From assembly GCF_037042905.1 (NCBI RefSeq), contig NC_087251.1, positions 10,666,001 to 10,730,000 on the forward strand: a DNA stretch of 64,000 nt, in the 5' to 3' direction. Both the position numbers and the translations under genes were made by a program. Origin of the DNA: Lytechinus pictus (lineage: Eukaryota). Below the pieces are notes generated by a model. It saw only the letters and a program-made list of their open reading frames with translations, had not been told where the DNA came from and searched no databases. Each line of letters begins with the position of its first letter. Position 1 is the stretch's first letter. Positions 13,774 to 28,700 of the stretch are shown piece after piece.

Positions 13774-16700
13774 TCACACCTCAGAGAGTACTGGCATATT
13801 AAAATGCCCCTCAATTCTTGGGGTGTAGAATATGTCCTGTCTCTCATTATATCCGGCAAAAGTCAGCTTAACCTGATAAAATGTCAATCGAGATGTGGGC
13901 AAAATGTCAATTAATCTCTGTTTCACCTTATTATACGTTGAAGTTCTTATCGACATTCTTTCTTCCTTTGCCCTGAGTATATCTTGAAAGTTATCATCTG
14001 TTATGTCTTCTATATTCACTGGGCTGTCCTGATAAGGGGGGAATCCTGCCAAACATGTTTGATTACCGTTCCTTGCAGCGAACATGTGGTAGAAAGGACA
14101 GTACATAATCTCACAGTCTTCATCCAGAATACCAACAGTGACAGACGGTAGGTGATCTAAGCCACGAAAGATGGTGCTATAACAATCAATGAACTGTTAG
14201 GAATAAAAGCATAGAAATATAAATAAAAAGAAAAATCAATGACATACTATTACCACAAATTTACCAAGATCTTAACTCGCTGGCCTAATAAGCTGAATAT
14301 GTTACTCGTAGTACATCATGTCTTTCATTAAAGATCATGTAGAACAAAGAACCAGGCCTGGCAACCTATTTACATTACATTATAAGAGCATAAAACAATG
14401 ATAAATCACAATACATTATACATTACAATCACAAAACATTATTATATTACTGTTCAATGCAGTAATATAGTGTATTATTACCCATATCAGACATCTGAGC
14501 TGGTCATTTCCAATATCGTCTTGCCCTAGATTTCATAAATATTGGGAAGGGATAGGTATATTATTTGTATTTTCCTTGATCTTTCTGCGCATACTGACTT
14601 TGCATGTAGAGACGATGCAAATATACTGTACCTTTGTATTTTCCCTGGTCACACATCCGGGCATCTGATGACGCGTAGAAAAAGATACGCGCCATATTGA
14701 TCAGCGCAGCACAATATACGTCACAATGTCAATCAAGATGGATACTGCGATATTGCAAATACAATGGAGCGTTGTGGCCCAGTGGATTAGTCTCCGGACT
14801 TTGAAACAGAGGAAATGTGGGTTCAAATCCCAGCCATAGCGTAGTTTCCTTCAGCAAGAAATTTATCCACATTGTGCTGCACTCAACCCAGGTGAGGTGA
14901 ATGGGTACCTGGCAGGAATTTATTCCTTGAAATGCCACAGCGCTGTAAAAGGCTGCGGGGCTAAAGCCAGGGTAATAATATCCAACTCCTTTGGAAGCGC
15001 ATAGATACGTTATTTATAATGTGTTATGCACTATACAAGAACTGACTATTATTATTATTACATCACAATGGTTTAGCTTTGAGGCACAGTCTGCGCAACA
15101 TGAAAAACAGAATCACATTCTTAAAGGTCAAGTCCACCCTGTCCTGTTTACATTGATGTGCATTTTCAATATTTGTTTCAGTTTGATGATGGTAAAGGTT
15201 ATATCTTCTCACAATTATTGAGAACATGGTGCAAAAGTAGAGGTAGAGTTACAAAGATTAAATTTTTGAGATTCTTTTCCCCCAATGTTACAGGTTTTTG
15301 TTTGTTGAGAGGCTATTTATTGCTGCATTAACAATGAATTTCACAACACCCTGTGGTACATTATAGATAATAGATTTCCATGTCTAATCGGTATTTTCCA
15401 TATGTACAAACTTCATGAATTCTTCCTGTACAAGAAGTGCTTCGATCAACTTAATCCACTTTTCACTAGTCTTCTCAAATGGATTTTTTAAAATATGACT
15501 CTTTGCCTGGTTCCAATTTAAAGAGTCTGGTACTTTAAGGTGATGTGCATCTACCATGAAGGACATTTGCCTTGACCATCCACTTTCCCTCTCTATTCTG
15601 CAGTTGAGGGCGTGGTTGTCGATCTCATCACCTTTCGTCCTGGATGCGAAATTATTTTTCCCACCGCAATGCCGGACGCAAATATGAATATTCATGACTT
15701 GTGTCTTCGGAATAAGAGTACACATGCGCGTGGACTTCATCTTTACAAAATTAATTGTGGCCGCCGTTCACGTTAACACGAATGAATCAGCACCCTCAAA
15801 TTACAAATTACTGGTACCCTTGTTGTTTTCCAGTAGTACTTGTTCATTTTAGCAGAACCTAATCTATTGGCAGACATAGTCAATTTAATACTTAGATCTG
15901 ACACAAAACATAACTACCTATCAAACTTAACAAATAGTTTTTTTTAATTACCTTCTCTTCATAATTGCCTTCACCAACAGGAACCAAGAACATGTCAATA
16001 CAAGGCCAGACCTCCAAGCTCTTTAATTCAGGTAATTCCCGAAGTGACTCAGCAAAATCATTGGGTGTATGACACATTATTAGGGAAAGCTTCCTCAACC
16101 TGTTGTAGAAAAAGATATCAATTTAAAGATCGATTTGTGCCGTGGGGTTACGCAGTTCCAAAGTTACGGAACATTATGCATATCACACTCAAAGTTGCTC
16201 AAAAACGTGATTTAATGTACAAATCCAATGCAAATTCTGTGTGTGGCCAAAATTCTATATCAAAAGCAATTGATTTCATGTTATTTATGACTGAAATAGA
16301 GTCGTCGATGATTTCCATTAAAAAACAATAAGAAACATGAAGTACAAACAAGGCATAAGCGATGTTGTGTCTCGCCCACTTGTGAAAATGACCAGAAATA
16401 TCGCGATTTGCAAGGGCACGCAACAGAATTGTATCAAAAGTTTATTGTGAAATACCTGGGATTGAGTAACATTTGTCATAAGAGTCTTGCATGTAAACTT
16501 TAACGTTGACCTGAAAATGACCTTTGACCTTACCATGTGACCTCCGAGTGCAGCATAATATGCAAGTCCCCTAAGTACATCTACCATCCATGTTTGGTTG
16601 AAAAGTGACTTACGGTTGCGGAGTTGTGTCATTATGTTTGTGACAGATGACATTTGGATCCCTAAGTCTCTTGCCATTTCTTTAATGTATATTTGATGAA

Positions 16701-19700
16701 TTTTTTTTAACAAAATGTCCATAAATTTCAATAATTTTGGTACAATTAACTATTCAATGTGGTAGATTACGTCATGAGTGAAATGTATGTCAACTTACGG
16801 AACAATTGCGCATTTAACAACCAAGATCTAACGGGGGAGGGCAAAAAAAGCCCCCCCCCCCCCCTCCAGGCTACACAATTTCAAAATACCTCAGGCTATA
16901 TATTATAGGGTTAATTCTGCTTTTCAGTTGCTAATTTCTCAACAGCTTTCAATGTGACAGATGAGTAGGCAAACAAGTCATATGCCTGCCAAGATGGGTC
17001 CTCATATTTGAGTTAAGACCAATTCACAATGCACACCATCGACTGCAGCTCTTACACTCTGTCCTGAATCTTAATATTGCAGATCCTTGCAAACAACGTG
17101 GGTGAAGCTGTTCAGGCAGTGTAATGTGTAAGTGGTCCATGTCTCACAGCAATATTAAAGTGCAATTAGGACTACTACTGCACTAAACAAGGCAATCTTG
17201 GTGGACAAACATGCTATGGACTTGCCGAAGTCTCTTTGTAAGCCTGAACTTGCCTTCCCAATGCGCTGCATTATTTCATCACCCAAGGATCCACTCCTTG
17301 TAAAGATGCTACCCAGGTAGCAGAACTTTCCCCTCAGCCTATATTTCTGTGTTGTTGATGATATGAGGAGGCATTGGTGCATTGGCAGCCTGTGAAGGGA
17401 ATGGCTGAAACAAGGCTTCGGTTTTTCTGAGATTAATCATTAGTCCAAACAGCCTTCCGAGCAGCAGCAAGACAGTCAGTCAGGTATTGTTATGTCGGCG
17501 TGGGAGTGTACAACCAGTGAACCAGAGCTAGTGTCCCATTAAACTTTGTCATTATGGAGAGTATGTGCAGAATGAAAGTAAACTGCACTTTGTACATTCA
17601 TTATATTTGGTAGAAGTGTATTGTCGCGTGTACTATCTTAAATAAAAGTTTGTTGCATTGTGAATTATCTGACCCTTATTTGCAGTCAGGAGATTCAACT
17701 ATTTAGCTTTGCATGAATTTAGCCAAATATATAACTTTACTTCAGGTTTCATTTGTTTTAGAAAAATGTTTTCCCTCTCCTTTCTATAATCAAATTTGGA
17801 ATATGAATCATCTCTTAGTTTCAGTCGACGAGACAAACAATCCATTTCTTGGCAATGTGGATGCTATCTTTTTTAAGTTTGCTTAAGAAACATGGCTACG
17901 TCCAAACTGCCACAGAAATTCTATTTTGTTCCATCATTATCACCAACGGAAATTATTTTTCTTACTATTTACACTACATAGAATGAAAATAAATTTCAAA
18001 GACTACATCAGAGAGAACCTAACTGTTTTGGTCAGGATCGAATGTACTTACTTTTTTAACCCTCTCAGATAGGGCCCGATGCATTCACATGGAATTCCTG
18101 GACATACACAATGAGCATTTGTTAGACTGAGAAACCGGAGGTTCCTTACTTGAGTCAATGAAGAGCGTTCCTGAAGAGAGGAGAGCAAAAATAATGAATA
18201 TAATAAATCATTTCCATACCTAATTTCACACTAGACACACTCAACTCAGGAGCTCAACTTGTCTTCTTTGCACCAATTAAGCTGAATACCTTTAATATGT
18301 TGGGACTCAAGCCTATATGTCGCTTGGAATTAGAGACCAGCGAGTTTAGGGGATTCCCCTTCCCCTAGGCTGAAACAGCAAATATCAGAAGATAGCTTGT
18401 GTCATGGAAAACTCCACATGAATGAGATAACATGAACCGTTTACCCCACGTGTCAAATGAGCTCACATTCTTCTTCCTTAAGTCCTGTCAGACAACTCAA
18501 CAGATAAAAAAATGTGCTTTTAAATATCCACTGTACAAGAAAATGCAAATATTTTGTAGTTTTCAAGCATGGCAGGTTAGAATTGTGATTCCAGGTGATC
18601 GACCAACACTGTACTCAAATGATCAACAGCTGGTTCAAATCGAGCTACCATTCCATGTCCCAGGATTACTCATACCCAAATCATAATAGAGAGACTTAAA
18701 AAACCACTGGTGTACACAGCTCTTAATCAGCATCATCCAGTTGTACTCATGAACTCTTGAATTGTAACCATCATAACTAAGTTAAAGTTGAGTACTTTTT
18801 AACTTTATTCCATTTGTTAGTTTAGGTTTTTCATTAGGCCTAAATAACTAAGCATCATGCTTAATGATAGCATATTCTATACTGATCTGAAAGAAGGCCA
18901 TTTATCTGAGAATATTTACTGCAAAATTAAATGTGGCACATATATCACTATGAGCACGAAGCAGAAGTTGAATTTCTTGCTATAGCTCTACTCACATTTA
19001 AAATTGACATTGAAAATAACCGGGTCGAAATGTCATCACACTGCACTGATATATTGTGTCTTTTTTTTACATCACTCTTTCCGCCAAATATCACAAGTTT
19101 ATTTTATATTTTTCTTGCCATACTTTGCTATTGGGCTTCTACATGAAGTAAAGTGAGCTGCCTGCTAAAAAATAGTTTTTTCAACGATATGCCTCTAAAA
19201 TACTTTGAATTAATTTTCAATATAATTTCCACATAAAATATGAGAATAATCTGACTCCTCGCTACCCAAATGTCATCATAACATAGTCTAATCCATAAGC
19301 GATTTTAAATGTTTACTTTTGATTTTACATTCAATAAGAATGAAAAAATAAGAATGAAGTAGAATAATAATAAGAATAATGATAAAAATAATAAAACTTA
19401 CCTCTAACTCATTTTACCAATGATTTACTGTTACTTGTAAATCTTATCCCCCCCCCTTCACTTGTGCGCCTTGAGCATCTCTTATGAAATGGATATGGCA
19501 CCTAACAAATTGCATATATTATTATCATTATTAAATAAGGATGATATCGTGAATCTATATCTAGCTGTATTACTCTTGTGTATTGAATTTGAATACTTAC
19601 AGGACAAAATGAAAGGCCTGTGCAAGTTCCAAGCTCCAAATGTTCCAGATATGGCAGGGTCTTTAGAAAATCTAAATCATCATCTTCTAACCCATGGCAG

Positions 19701-22700
19701 TTAGTCAGTACCTATAAAGATTGAACATACAAACACAACAGGGGAAAAAATCAATCCTTTTTTTTCTGGGGCTACTTTTGAGCTCACCAAACAAAATTTG
19801 CCACATTGTAATTTACATTGGACCCTATGTGAATTTCAGGGGCTCTTTTTAGTTTTCCAGGGCTCTGTAGGGCATTTTGGGGGCAAATTCGCCCCGAGCC
19901 CCCGTGTATTTTTTTCCTCTGAAAGACAATACAAAAATCTTCAGATAGATTCAATAATGACCCCAATGTTGAACATGAAACTGGATGCATATTTGACTGC
20001 AGTAAAACTTGATAGTATTGCCATTGTCATATCACAAACGTAACTCCACAAGATGTCAACATCTCTCACCACGAGACCTTTAAATTTAAACACTAATTAA
20101 AACAATCAGTCACTCTCATCAATCTGCAAAAGCCAAGTTTGAAGTTGATCCCTCAATGAGCTATATAGTTAGGCCTAAAAATAATTATGTTGCCCTCATC
20201 TGACCGACCCTAAAATGCAAAGAAACAGGATTGCTATTAATGTTTTCAGACCCAAAACATACAAATTAAATATTTTTGTAAGAAAATATGCCCAAATTTG
20301 TATTCAGTCATTGCATGGAGAGATATTATGTTAGAAATGAAAATGAACTTAAATAGCAAAGGTTTAAATTAATTACCAATTTCTTCAGACTTGTGAGAGC
20401 ACTTAATGCATCAAATCCTCCAGATAATGCAAAGAAAGGTACTTGAAAGCCATAGAAGGAATTCATCATCAATTCCTCTAGATTACTCAGCACCTTCATC
20501 TTGCCAACGTCATATACTGCCAAGCAATCTTCTCTTTCCCTAATGTCTCTGTTTTAAGGGGGAGGATAAACCAAAGCGTGACCAGTTGACCAAAAACCAA
20601 CAATATATTGTCAGGGAAGGTTCTTTGTAAATACATGTAGCTAAATCAATGATTTGGTCTCCAAAATATAAAACTTAGAAAATCTGAAAGAATAACTCTT
20701 CTTCACACTGTCAAATTTGATATTGAAAAATCAAACAAAAGATGAGATAAGAGTTTTTTTAACGTTTTTTTTACTCATGCTTGAGTGAACCTTGTGATTT
20801 AAACCTTGTTATCTATGTATTTTTTTTAAAGCTTTTACTTAGATTCAATCAAGTACCTGTGTGGGTTTTTGTTGATCAATTTTGCAGAATTAAATATATT
20901 TAAAAGCTTAGGATGTGCTTATCCAAGCTCATTGAAAATCTCATATTTCATTTTGGGTGACTTATTGTCGGTTTTGGGGTGAGATGTAAAAAATGGAATA
21001 CATTCTAGGAAAAAGCTTTGTAATCATGATACCCCCCCCTAAAATTCGCATGACTAATGCAGGAATACAAGTTGTATACATAGCAGCACTTATATGTACA
21101 TGTGCTAGATAAGTTTCTTTATAATTTGTAGTAGTGTTCATGAAATTACATTTGTAATGTGACATGCTGTTTTTATCAATAAGGTTATATATTTTGCACA
21201 ATGAATAAACCACAACAATCAATGATCTTCCTTTGAATTATAATAATTAAAAACAATTTTCTTATAAAATTAATATTTATGGTGAAGTGTTTTTACCTTG
21301 GTGGTAGAAGGCATATGACATGGAGAATCTTGAGTTGAGGCATCTTCTCCACAACTCTATCAAGGTCTCCTTTTTCAATGTTGTCTATGTAGAGTGCTGT
21401 GACATTGGTCAGCCTTACAATGGCATTGATTGTATTAAGATATGAAATATCAGAACCAAGACAGTCATGAAGATCCTGAGATAAAAAGATGTGATTATCA
21501 CCCACTGTATTAATAATAATGATGATGATTGATGATGATGTGATATTTTACCCAGGGTAGCCACTTCAGTTCTAAAAACTGTTCTCCCAGCTGGCCCTGC
21601 CTAAAAAAATTGTGCGTTCGAATCCCACCATGGCCTAGCGTCCTTTGGCAAGGCGTTAATCCACACTTTGCCACTCTCCACCCAGGTGTTAAATGGGTAC
21701 CCGGTAGGATGTGAAAGCCTATATGTAGTATGCCTAGCAATTGAGTCTTGGAACTCTTGTTGGAATGCTCCCCAGGGAAGGTGCATACATTGTATGCGGG
21801 CATGCAAGGATCCAATGACCGGGGTAATAATATGTCTGTAAAGCGCTTAGAGACGTCGTTCCGATGTATTAAGCACTATGTAAATGCGGAATATTATTAA
21901 CATGATTATGCAATTATTACCCTGGCTTTAGCACGGCTAGCTTGATCGGCCCCAAAGCATTTGAAGAATTTCTTCCTACCGGGTACCCATTCACCTTACA
22001 TGGATTGAGTGCAGCACACTGTGGGCAAATTTATTGCTGATGAAAAACACGACATGGCTGGGAATCAAACCCACGTCCTTCAGATTGAAAGACGAGTCTT
22101 TAACCACAAGATCACGATTGAGGTTATGATGGTCAATTTCAAATTTTCTATTTTAAATGCTAATGATTGATAACAGCAAATCAATTCAGATTTTTGTTTG
22201 TAAGCAGTAGACTTCAATTAATTGCAAGTTTAGAAATGATTGGTAGGCTTATGGTTGATTAAGACCTCAAATAAACATCCAAATTTGGGTTTCTTACAAT
22301 ACCTTCCTTCTAATACTGCACCCTGGGGTCAGTGGGGTGGTATTCTGAAAAAAGTGTAAAATATGGTGTTAACTTTCATGTTATCTCTCTGATTTAACAC
22401 ACCCCTATTGTTGTTTTCTCACTTTGTGTAATTTTTAGATCCTCCTACTGTTCATGGACTTAATGAAATGAAATGTGTTGTTAAAAGAAAATATCGTGCA
22501 GAATTTTATGTGAGTAAAAAAGGAGTGTGCATGCAGAGACATGAAACCTGCAATAGTGACAACAGAGAAGTAGGGGATGGTTGTGGCAAATATAGAATGG
22601 ATTATTTCTGAAAGCATTAGTATGAAATACAATATAACAGAGACAAATGCCTCAATCAGGGGGGGGGGGGGCGATCTCCCCATTACAATATTGGGGGGGG

Positions 22701-25700
22701 GGAGAACATATCGATTGCCTCTCAATAATGTTGACAACTTAAAAAATGTTTTGAAAAGCAGTTTTTGCATAGAAATATTATCAAGCATTTTCTCTGCATG
22801 CCTTTGCACAGAAAATTATTCATCATAATATGTCACGCAGAGTGAGTAAGTTTTTTTGGACATTTTATTCACTTTTGCGTCCACCCCCACCATCCAAAAC
22901 ATGGATCAACATCTCCGACAGGGGAGACCGATTAAGTATTACCTATAAGCATTGAGAGTGGAAATTATCATGAACTATTACCATTGATAAAAAGGTCAAC
23001 ATTTTTTAGAATATCGGAGAGAGCTCCATGGATTTTCCATTCATTTCAATATTGTTCGTGCTTTTTCACACAATTTTAATGTTTTCTTCCTCTTCATATT
23101 TGTATTTTTTGGATGATGTCATATTTTAAATAAGTCATGAAAATAATTAAAAGGTATTTTACAGCTTATTCCAGACAAAGAAAAATTGTTGTTTGTTAGT
23201 AGATAGATAGGAAGAGGGGAAAATAAAGGGGGGGGGGGCAGGGACCTATCCACAGAGGATTAGTCTATTGTTACTGGGGGTGCTGAGCATTGTCACAGCA
23301 CCCCCAGTAACAATAGATAATCCTCCGTGGCCAGGTCCATGGGGGGGGGAAATGACAGCAAGATATTTCAACAAAATTTTTCCTAACACCATGTTAAGGA
23401 AACCAGTTTCAAGTTAGCTTCCATCCTAACACTGTTTATGGGGGTTGGGTGTTATACACTTCGTATTTCATAACCATGCACAGTGTTATCACTGGGGCCC
23501 CATAATATTCATGCTATCACAATTTTCAGAATACCAATCATTATCCATCATTTTTGTGCTAAGACTTTTATCAGAATATCCCCCCCCCCCCCCCGTATTC
23601 TGGGAGGGAAAATTTACAGAAAATGAAATAGTAAGAGAATGATAACTCTGAATCAACTCCGAAAGGGCATCAGTTGAGATCTTCAGTGAAATACACTCAT
23701 AAGCTGTGAATTATAGTTTCATAAAGATGTTCCTAAAAGCTGCATAAAACTTTAACAAGTGGAGTGCCTCTGGCAGTCTCGCCTGTATGACATGATTCAA
23801 TATACACGTAGCAGCAGTGCCGACTTTGAAGTGACTACAGAATAATCATTCACAAAAACACCATTCAAATAATGATAAAATACTATGTTAATTGACCCTA
23901 AATAACATTTGACTTTGATTGTGTGACCAAAGACTTGTGCAAGACAATCAGTGATACTTGATTACCCTTATGTCCACATTTCATGAACTAAATCCATCAG
24001 CTTTCAAAGTTATGATGGCAATTCAACAAATAACCCCAACATGGCCAAAGTTCATTGACCTTGGTCATGTGACCTGAAACAAACGCAGGATGTTCACTGG
24101 TGCTTGATTACGCTTATGTCCAAGTTTAATGAACTAGATCCATATACTTTAAGAGTTATGATACTTTACAAGTGTAGCGCCTCTGGCAGTCTCACCTGCA
24201 TTACGCAATTCAATATAGCAGCAGTGCTGATTTTGAAAACTATTATAAAATAATTATTCACAAAAAACACTATTCATATAATGATACAATACTATGTTTA
24301 TTGACCCTAAATGACATTTGACCTTGATCATGTGAGCTAAGACTCGTCAGTGATACTTGATTACCCCAATGTCCACAATTCACAAACTATATCCATAAAC
24401 TTTGAAAGTTATGACAGCAATTTATAATTACCTCCAACATGGCCTCGCACAGGATGTTCAATGATACTATGTCCAAGTTTTATGAATCAGATCCATAAAC
24501 TTTCAAAGTTATGATGGTAATTCAGCAAATACCCCCAACTTGGGCAAAGTTTATTGATCTAAAATGACCTTTCACGGTTTCACCTTTGTCATGTGACCTG
24601 AAACTCTCAAAAGATGTTCAGTGATACCTGATTACTCTTGTGTTAAGTTTCATTTACCAGATCCATAAACTTTCGAAGTAATGATGGAAATCAACAAATA
24701 ACCCCAACATGGCCATGTGACCTGAAACTCAGGCAGGATGTTCAGTCATACTTGATTACCCCTATGTCCAAGTTTTATGAACTAGGTTCATATACTTTTC
24801 AAGTTATGATGACATTTCAAAAACATAACCTTTGGTTAAGATTTTGATTCTCCCAACATGGTAGGCTTATTATAATCACTCGGGTCGCGTTCGCGTTCGA
24901 AATCACTCGGGTCGCGTTCGAAATCACTCGGGTTTTGGAATTTTGGCGATTTTTTTTATTTGGATGCGATTTTTTTTTTTTTTTAACAATGGGACAAACA
25001 CGCTGGGAAAATAAAATGAAATTGAAATTCTAGTTTCGTTTTAAGCCGGCAAGTGCCTCAAATAAAATGCACTCGCCTACTGCTTAACATAACAAACATG
25101 CAAATCAGCCATGTTGCTCAACTATCCTAGAATACATCCAGACTTCTACTGCTTTCATACGAGGACTCCGAGTCGGAACTTGTTATATCTGCCACATCGA
25201 TATTACATCGTCATTCCCATGTGCGGACATGCATGCCTGCATGCAATGGCCCCAAGGCGGGACCCGGCCACGGTCGGACACGGCGTGCATCGGTAGCATG
25301 GAGCAAGGTAACGTGAGTCGAGCCGAGTTAGATCCCACGTTACAGTGCCAGTCAGTCCGCAGCTCGTCCGAAAGTATTTAATTCAGCGGTATGCATAGCC
25401 AGCCATCCGTGGTTTAATGCATATATACGTAATTAGACCAAAAGCTTCGGTCTCTGTAATGTTCGTTGTTCTGCTGAACTCCGTTAGCTCCACTCACCAA
25501 TACAGAGACTGAAGTTCTAGCTCGATCTGCACAGGGACTCAATGGCCATATGTTTATGTATTAAGTTCCAATAAAACGGGGAAGTGAAGTTGCGCGACAG
25601 CCGAAGCAATTAGTTACTGTTGTTTCCCCTTTTAAGTTTATTTTCCCTTTTTTGGTGCATTTTAGGACAAAACGGAATAATAATCTTTGTTTGATACAGT

Positions 25701-28700
25701 TCTTTTCATATATTTTTATGAAATAAAGACAAAAATCGATGAGCGCCGTCTGGGGGATTTTGCATTGTTAACCCCGTAATGATGGTTGCACCATAGCGAG
25801 CCGTCTGTGTACGAGGAGAAATAAAAATGTTTAAAAACTCGAAACAGACGGCTGCCAGCTGCCAGCTGTCAAATACGTAATGAGCTTTGAGGACGATCTT
25901 TCATATAGGCGTTTTAAAATTCTGCTCTTAATTATTGTCCATTTCTCATAAAATTTGTCTTATTTTATAGATAAAATGGCCATATCATGTTTTAAGTAAC
26001 TGGAGACCTAAAAAAATCCCTACCTAAATTCTCGAAACATTGCATTAGGTGATGTGCTTAATTGATCTTCTTTGTGCTCGCGTGCCAAACGTATACGTTG
26101 AGCTGAACGGGGATCAGTCTTTCTCTCTGTCTCTCCTACCTTTCCGAAATTAAAACGGTCCCTCGATCGGACATAGTTATTTAGACGCAAGACAAATAAT
26201 GCTCTGACTACCAAACTTACTTTTCGTCAGCATCAGTAGAAATATGTGAATGGGCTTTTAAAAACTAATACTAAAACTGATCTAAAATTGATCTTAGATC
26301 GATTTTAGAATTGATTTTGGAAATCGATTTTAAATTAATTTTAAATCGTAATTGTACCTGTTCTAATTAACCGATTTTAAAATCGGCTCCCGATTTTACC
26401 ACAATCGGCGATCACCTGCCAATCTTCGATCATGCCCCTTGAAGGAAAAATCGGATATAAAATATCAAAATAAAAAAAAATCGCCAAAAATCCAAAACCC
26501 GAGTGATTTCGAACGCGACCCGAGTGATTTCGAACGCGAACGCGACCCGAGTGATTATAATAAGCCACATGGTATAAGTTCATTGACCCTAAATGCCCTT
26601 TGACCTCTGGCAGGATGTTTAGTAATACTTGATAACCACCGTGTCCAAGTTTCATGAACTAGGCCTATATACTTTCTAAGTTATTTTAACATTTCAAAAA
26701 CTTAATCTTGGTTAAGATTTCAATGTTGACGACGCGGCCGTCACTGCCGTCGAAAAAGTGGCGCCTATAGTCTCACTCTCCTATGCAGGCGAGACAAAAC
26801 TGACTGGATTATCAAAAGCCAAATTGGAAGCCAGAAAGTTTCCTGACCTTTTGAGACAGGTCCAAATAATTTCTTGCCAAAACCTACATTTTGCAATAAG
26901 AATGTATTTTTAGTGATAATGCTGAAATACGTCTGCATTTCAACTTTCCCTATCAAAGAATGCGATGCGTCAACTCTAAAACCTATATAGTTTATTTGCA
27001 ATAAATTGCATGTTATATCATTGATTTGGAAACCCAAAATAGATTTGTTATTGATTGCAAGTTTCTTGCAACTTTCCACCAGTCTGCACTTTTTTATTCA
27101 AGTAATGGTCATTGTTTTCAAGCCTGATATTTTGGGTCTCAACATGAATACTTCAAAGTGTTCTCAGTGATTGTCTAAATGACAGTTACTCACCAAGCAC
27201 GTTGTACCAAATTTTTCAAGTCTCTTCCAGAACTTTGGTCGTAATCTTTCAACTTTACTTCCTTTAAATGATACACATCTCCACTGTAAATGATGATAAA
27301 AATGATGACCTGAATGAGCCAGGTTTACAATAGTTACAGGATATACTTCAAAATATCAATTTACTTAAAAAATCAAATCTAAAGCCAAAACCACATCATT
27401 GTTTTGAAAGATATGTTAAAGGACAATTCCATAAAATGATCAACCTTTTTGTACGTCTGACCCCCATTTTTCTCAAGTCTAACTTCATAAACTGACCAAG
27501 TCAGGGTTCTTAGAGAACATTTCAGACCAGTTGTCAAAAGAACAAGAAATCAGAGACAGAAAATTTCATGAAGGTCCCATATATAGGGGGTCGGACATAC
27601 ATATTTTATGGAATTGCCCTAAAGTAGAATACAGCAATACACAATACAGGCTTGGGGTTTCATGCATTTTCTTAATTTCCCAGCCTAGCACAGAGTTTGG
27701 AAACACTAAAATCTGTGAGCCTTTCAAATGGTTATCATTGCTTATCACCTGCTGGAATGATGTCACTGGGCTGTTGCATAAACTTGTTACTAGACTGAGA
27801 AAAAAACTCTCTTTTTTTCTGATGTTAGAGTCATTTGCAGAAAAGCCCCAACCCGAGTTCTCATATTAAACCAAGGGGCAGATCCGGGATTTTCCAAAAT
27901 GGGTGGGGATACATTTACATTACAAATTTTGATTATGGCTCTCAAAAGGTTAGTGCAAAGCTGCACCAAATAAGAGCCAAATAAAACTTGGCAAAAAATA
28001 TGTGCTTGAGTGGTAAGTTTCATTCTCCTCATTTCCAGTGTTCTATAAGAAAGTTATTTCCAGTCAATACTTACCAGTGATGAGTCTTTGCAGAGTATTC
28101 TCCATTTCTTGCACACACCACTAGCTACGACCAGCCCTTTGAGAGGTAAGTATTTCAAGACCTGAACAATTATTTCAGCTGGAAGATCTTTGAATCCTGT
28201 CTTCTTTTCTTCATTGGAGCGAGTGGGATTTTTCATAGTTTCTTGAGCTGACAGAAGTTTTCTTCTCCTTTTTGCAGCAACAGGCGATTCCTATAATAGA
28301 ACATACATCAGTGTTTTTAGTACACTTACTCAGAGTGACATGAGCAAATAACATGTAGATTGTTAACTCACATACACATGTATTCAATCTTTTTTATTTG
28401 TTTCAGACTATTACAAAAATAAAATAGTAATATCAAAACAAAAATATATTTGAAATTTTGATTTTTCGCAGTTCATGTGACAATTTAATTTGTGGTATGG
28501 CCCATTAATCATTGAGTTTTACTTACCTCTCTCTAAAAAAAAACCAAAACATAATAATCAACAGTCATGACTAATTGATTCTGGGTGCTGGTATGCAGAA
28601 ATCAAGATGTGTTGAACACCACAAATGCGGTGTGTGTACAGCAGCAAATTTGTTGCACTGTATACCAAATTATAAAGTGGTTGCGTTGTTGTCTAGTGGT

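Noticed and set aside
19402..19432. Micro-exon at donor GAG|GTAAGT in an F-box intron
   Set aside because: Both nearby AG acceptors are followed by an in-frame TAA.
22943..23110. Extra F-box exon (donor-like TAG|GTAATA at about 22942)
   Set aside because: All three minus-strand frames contain stops, and exon 27194 joins exon 21475 in frame without it.
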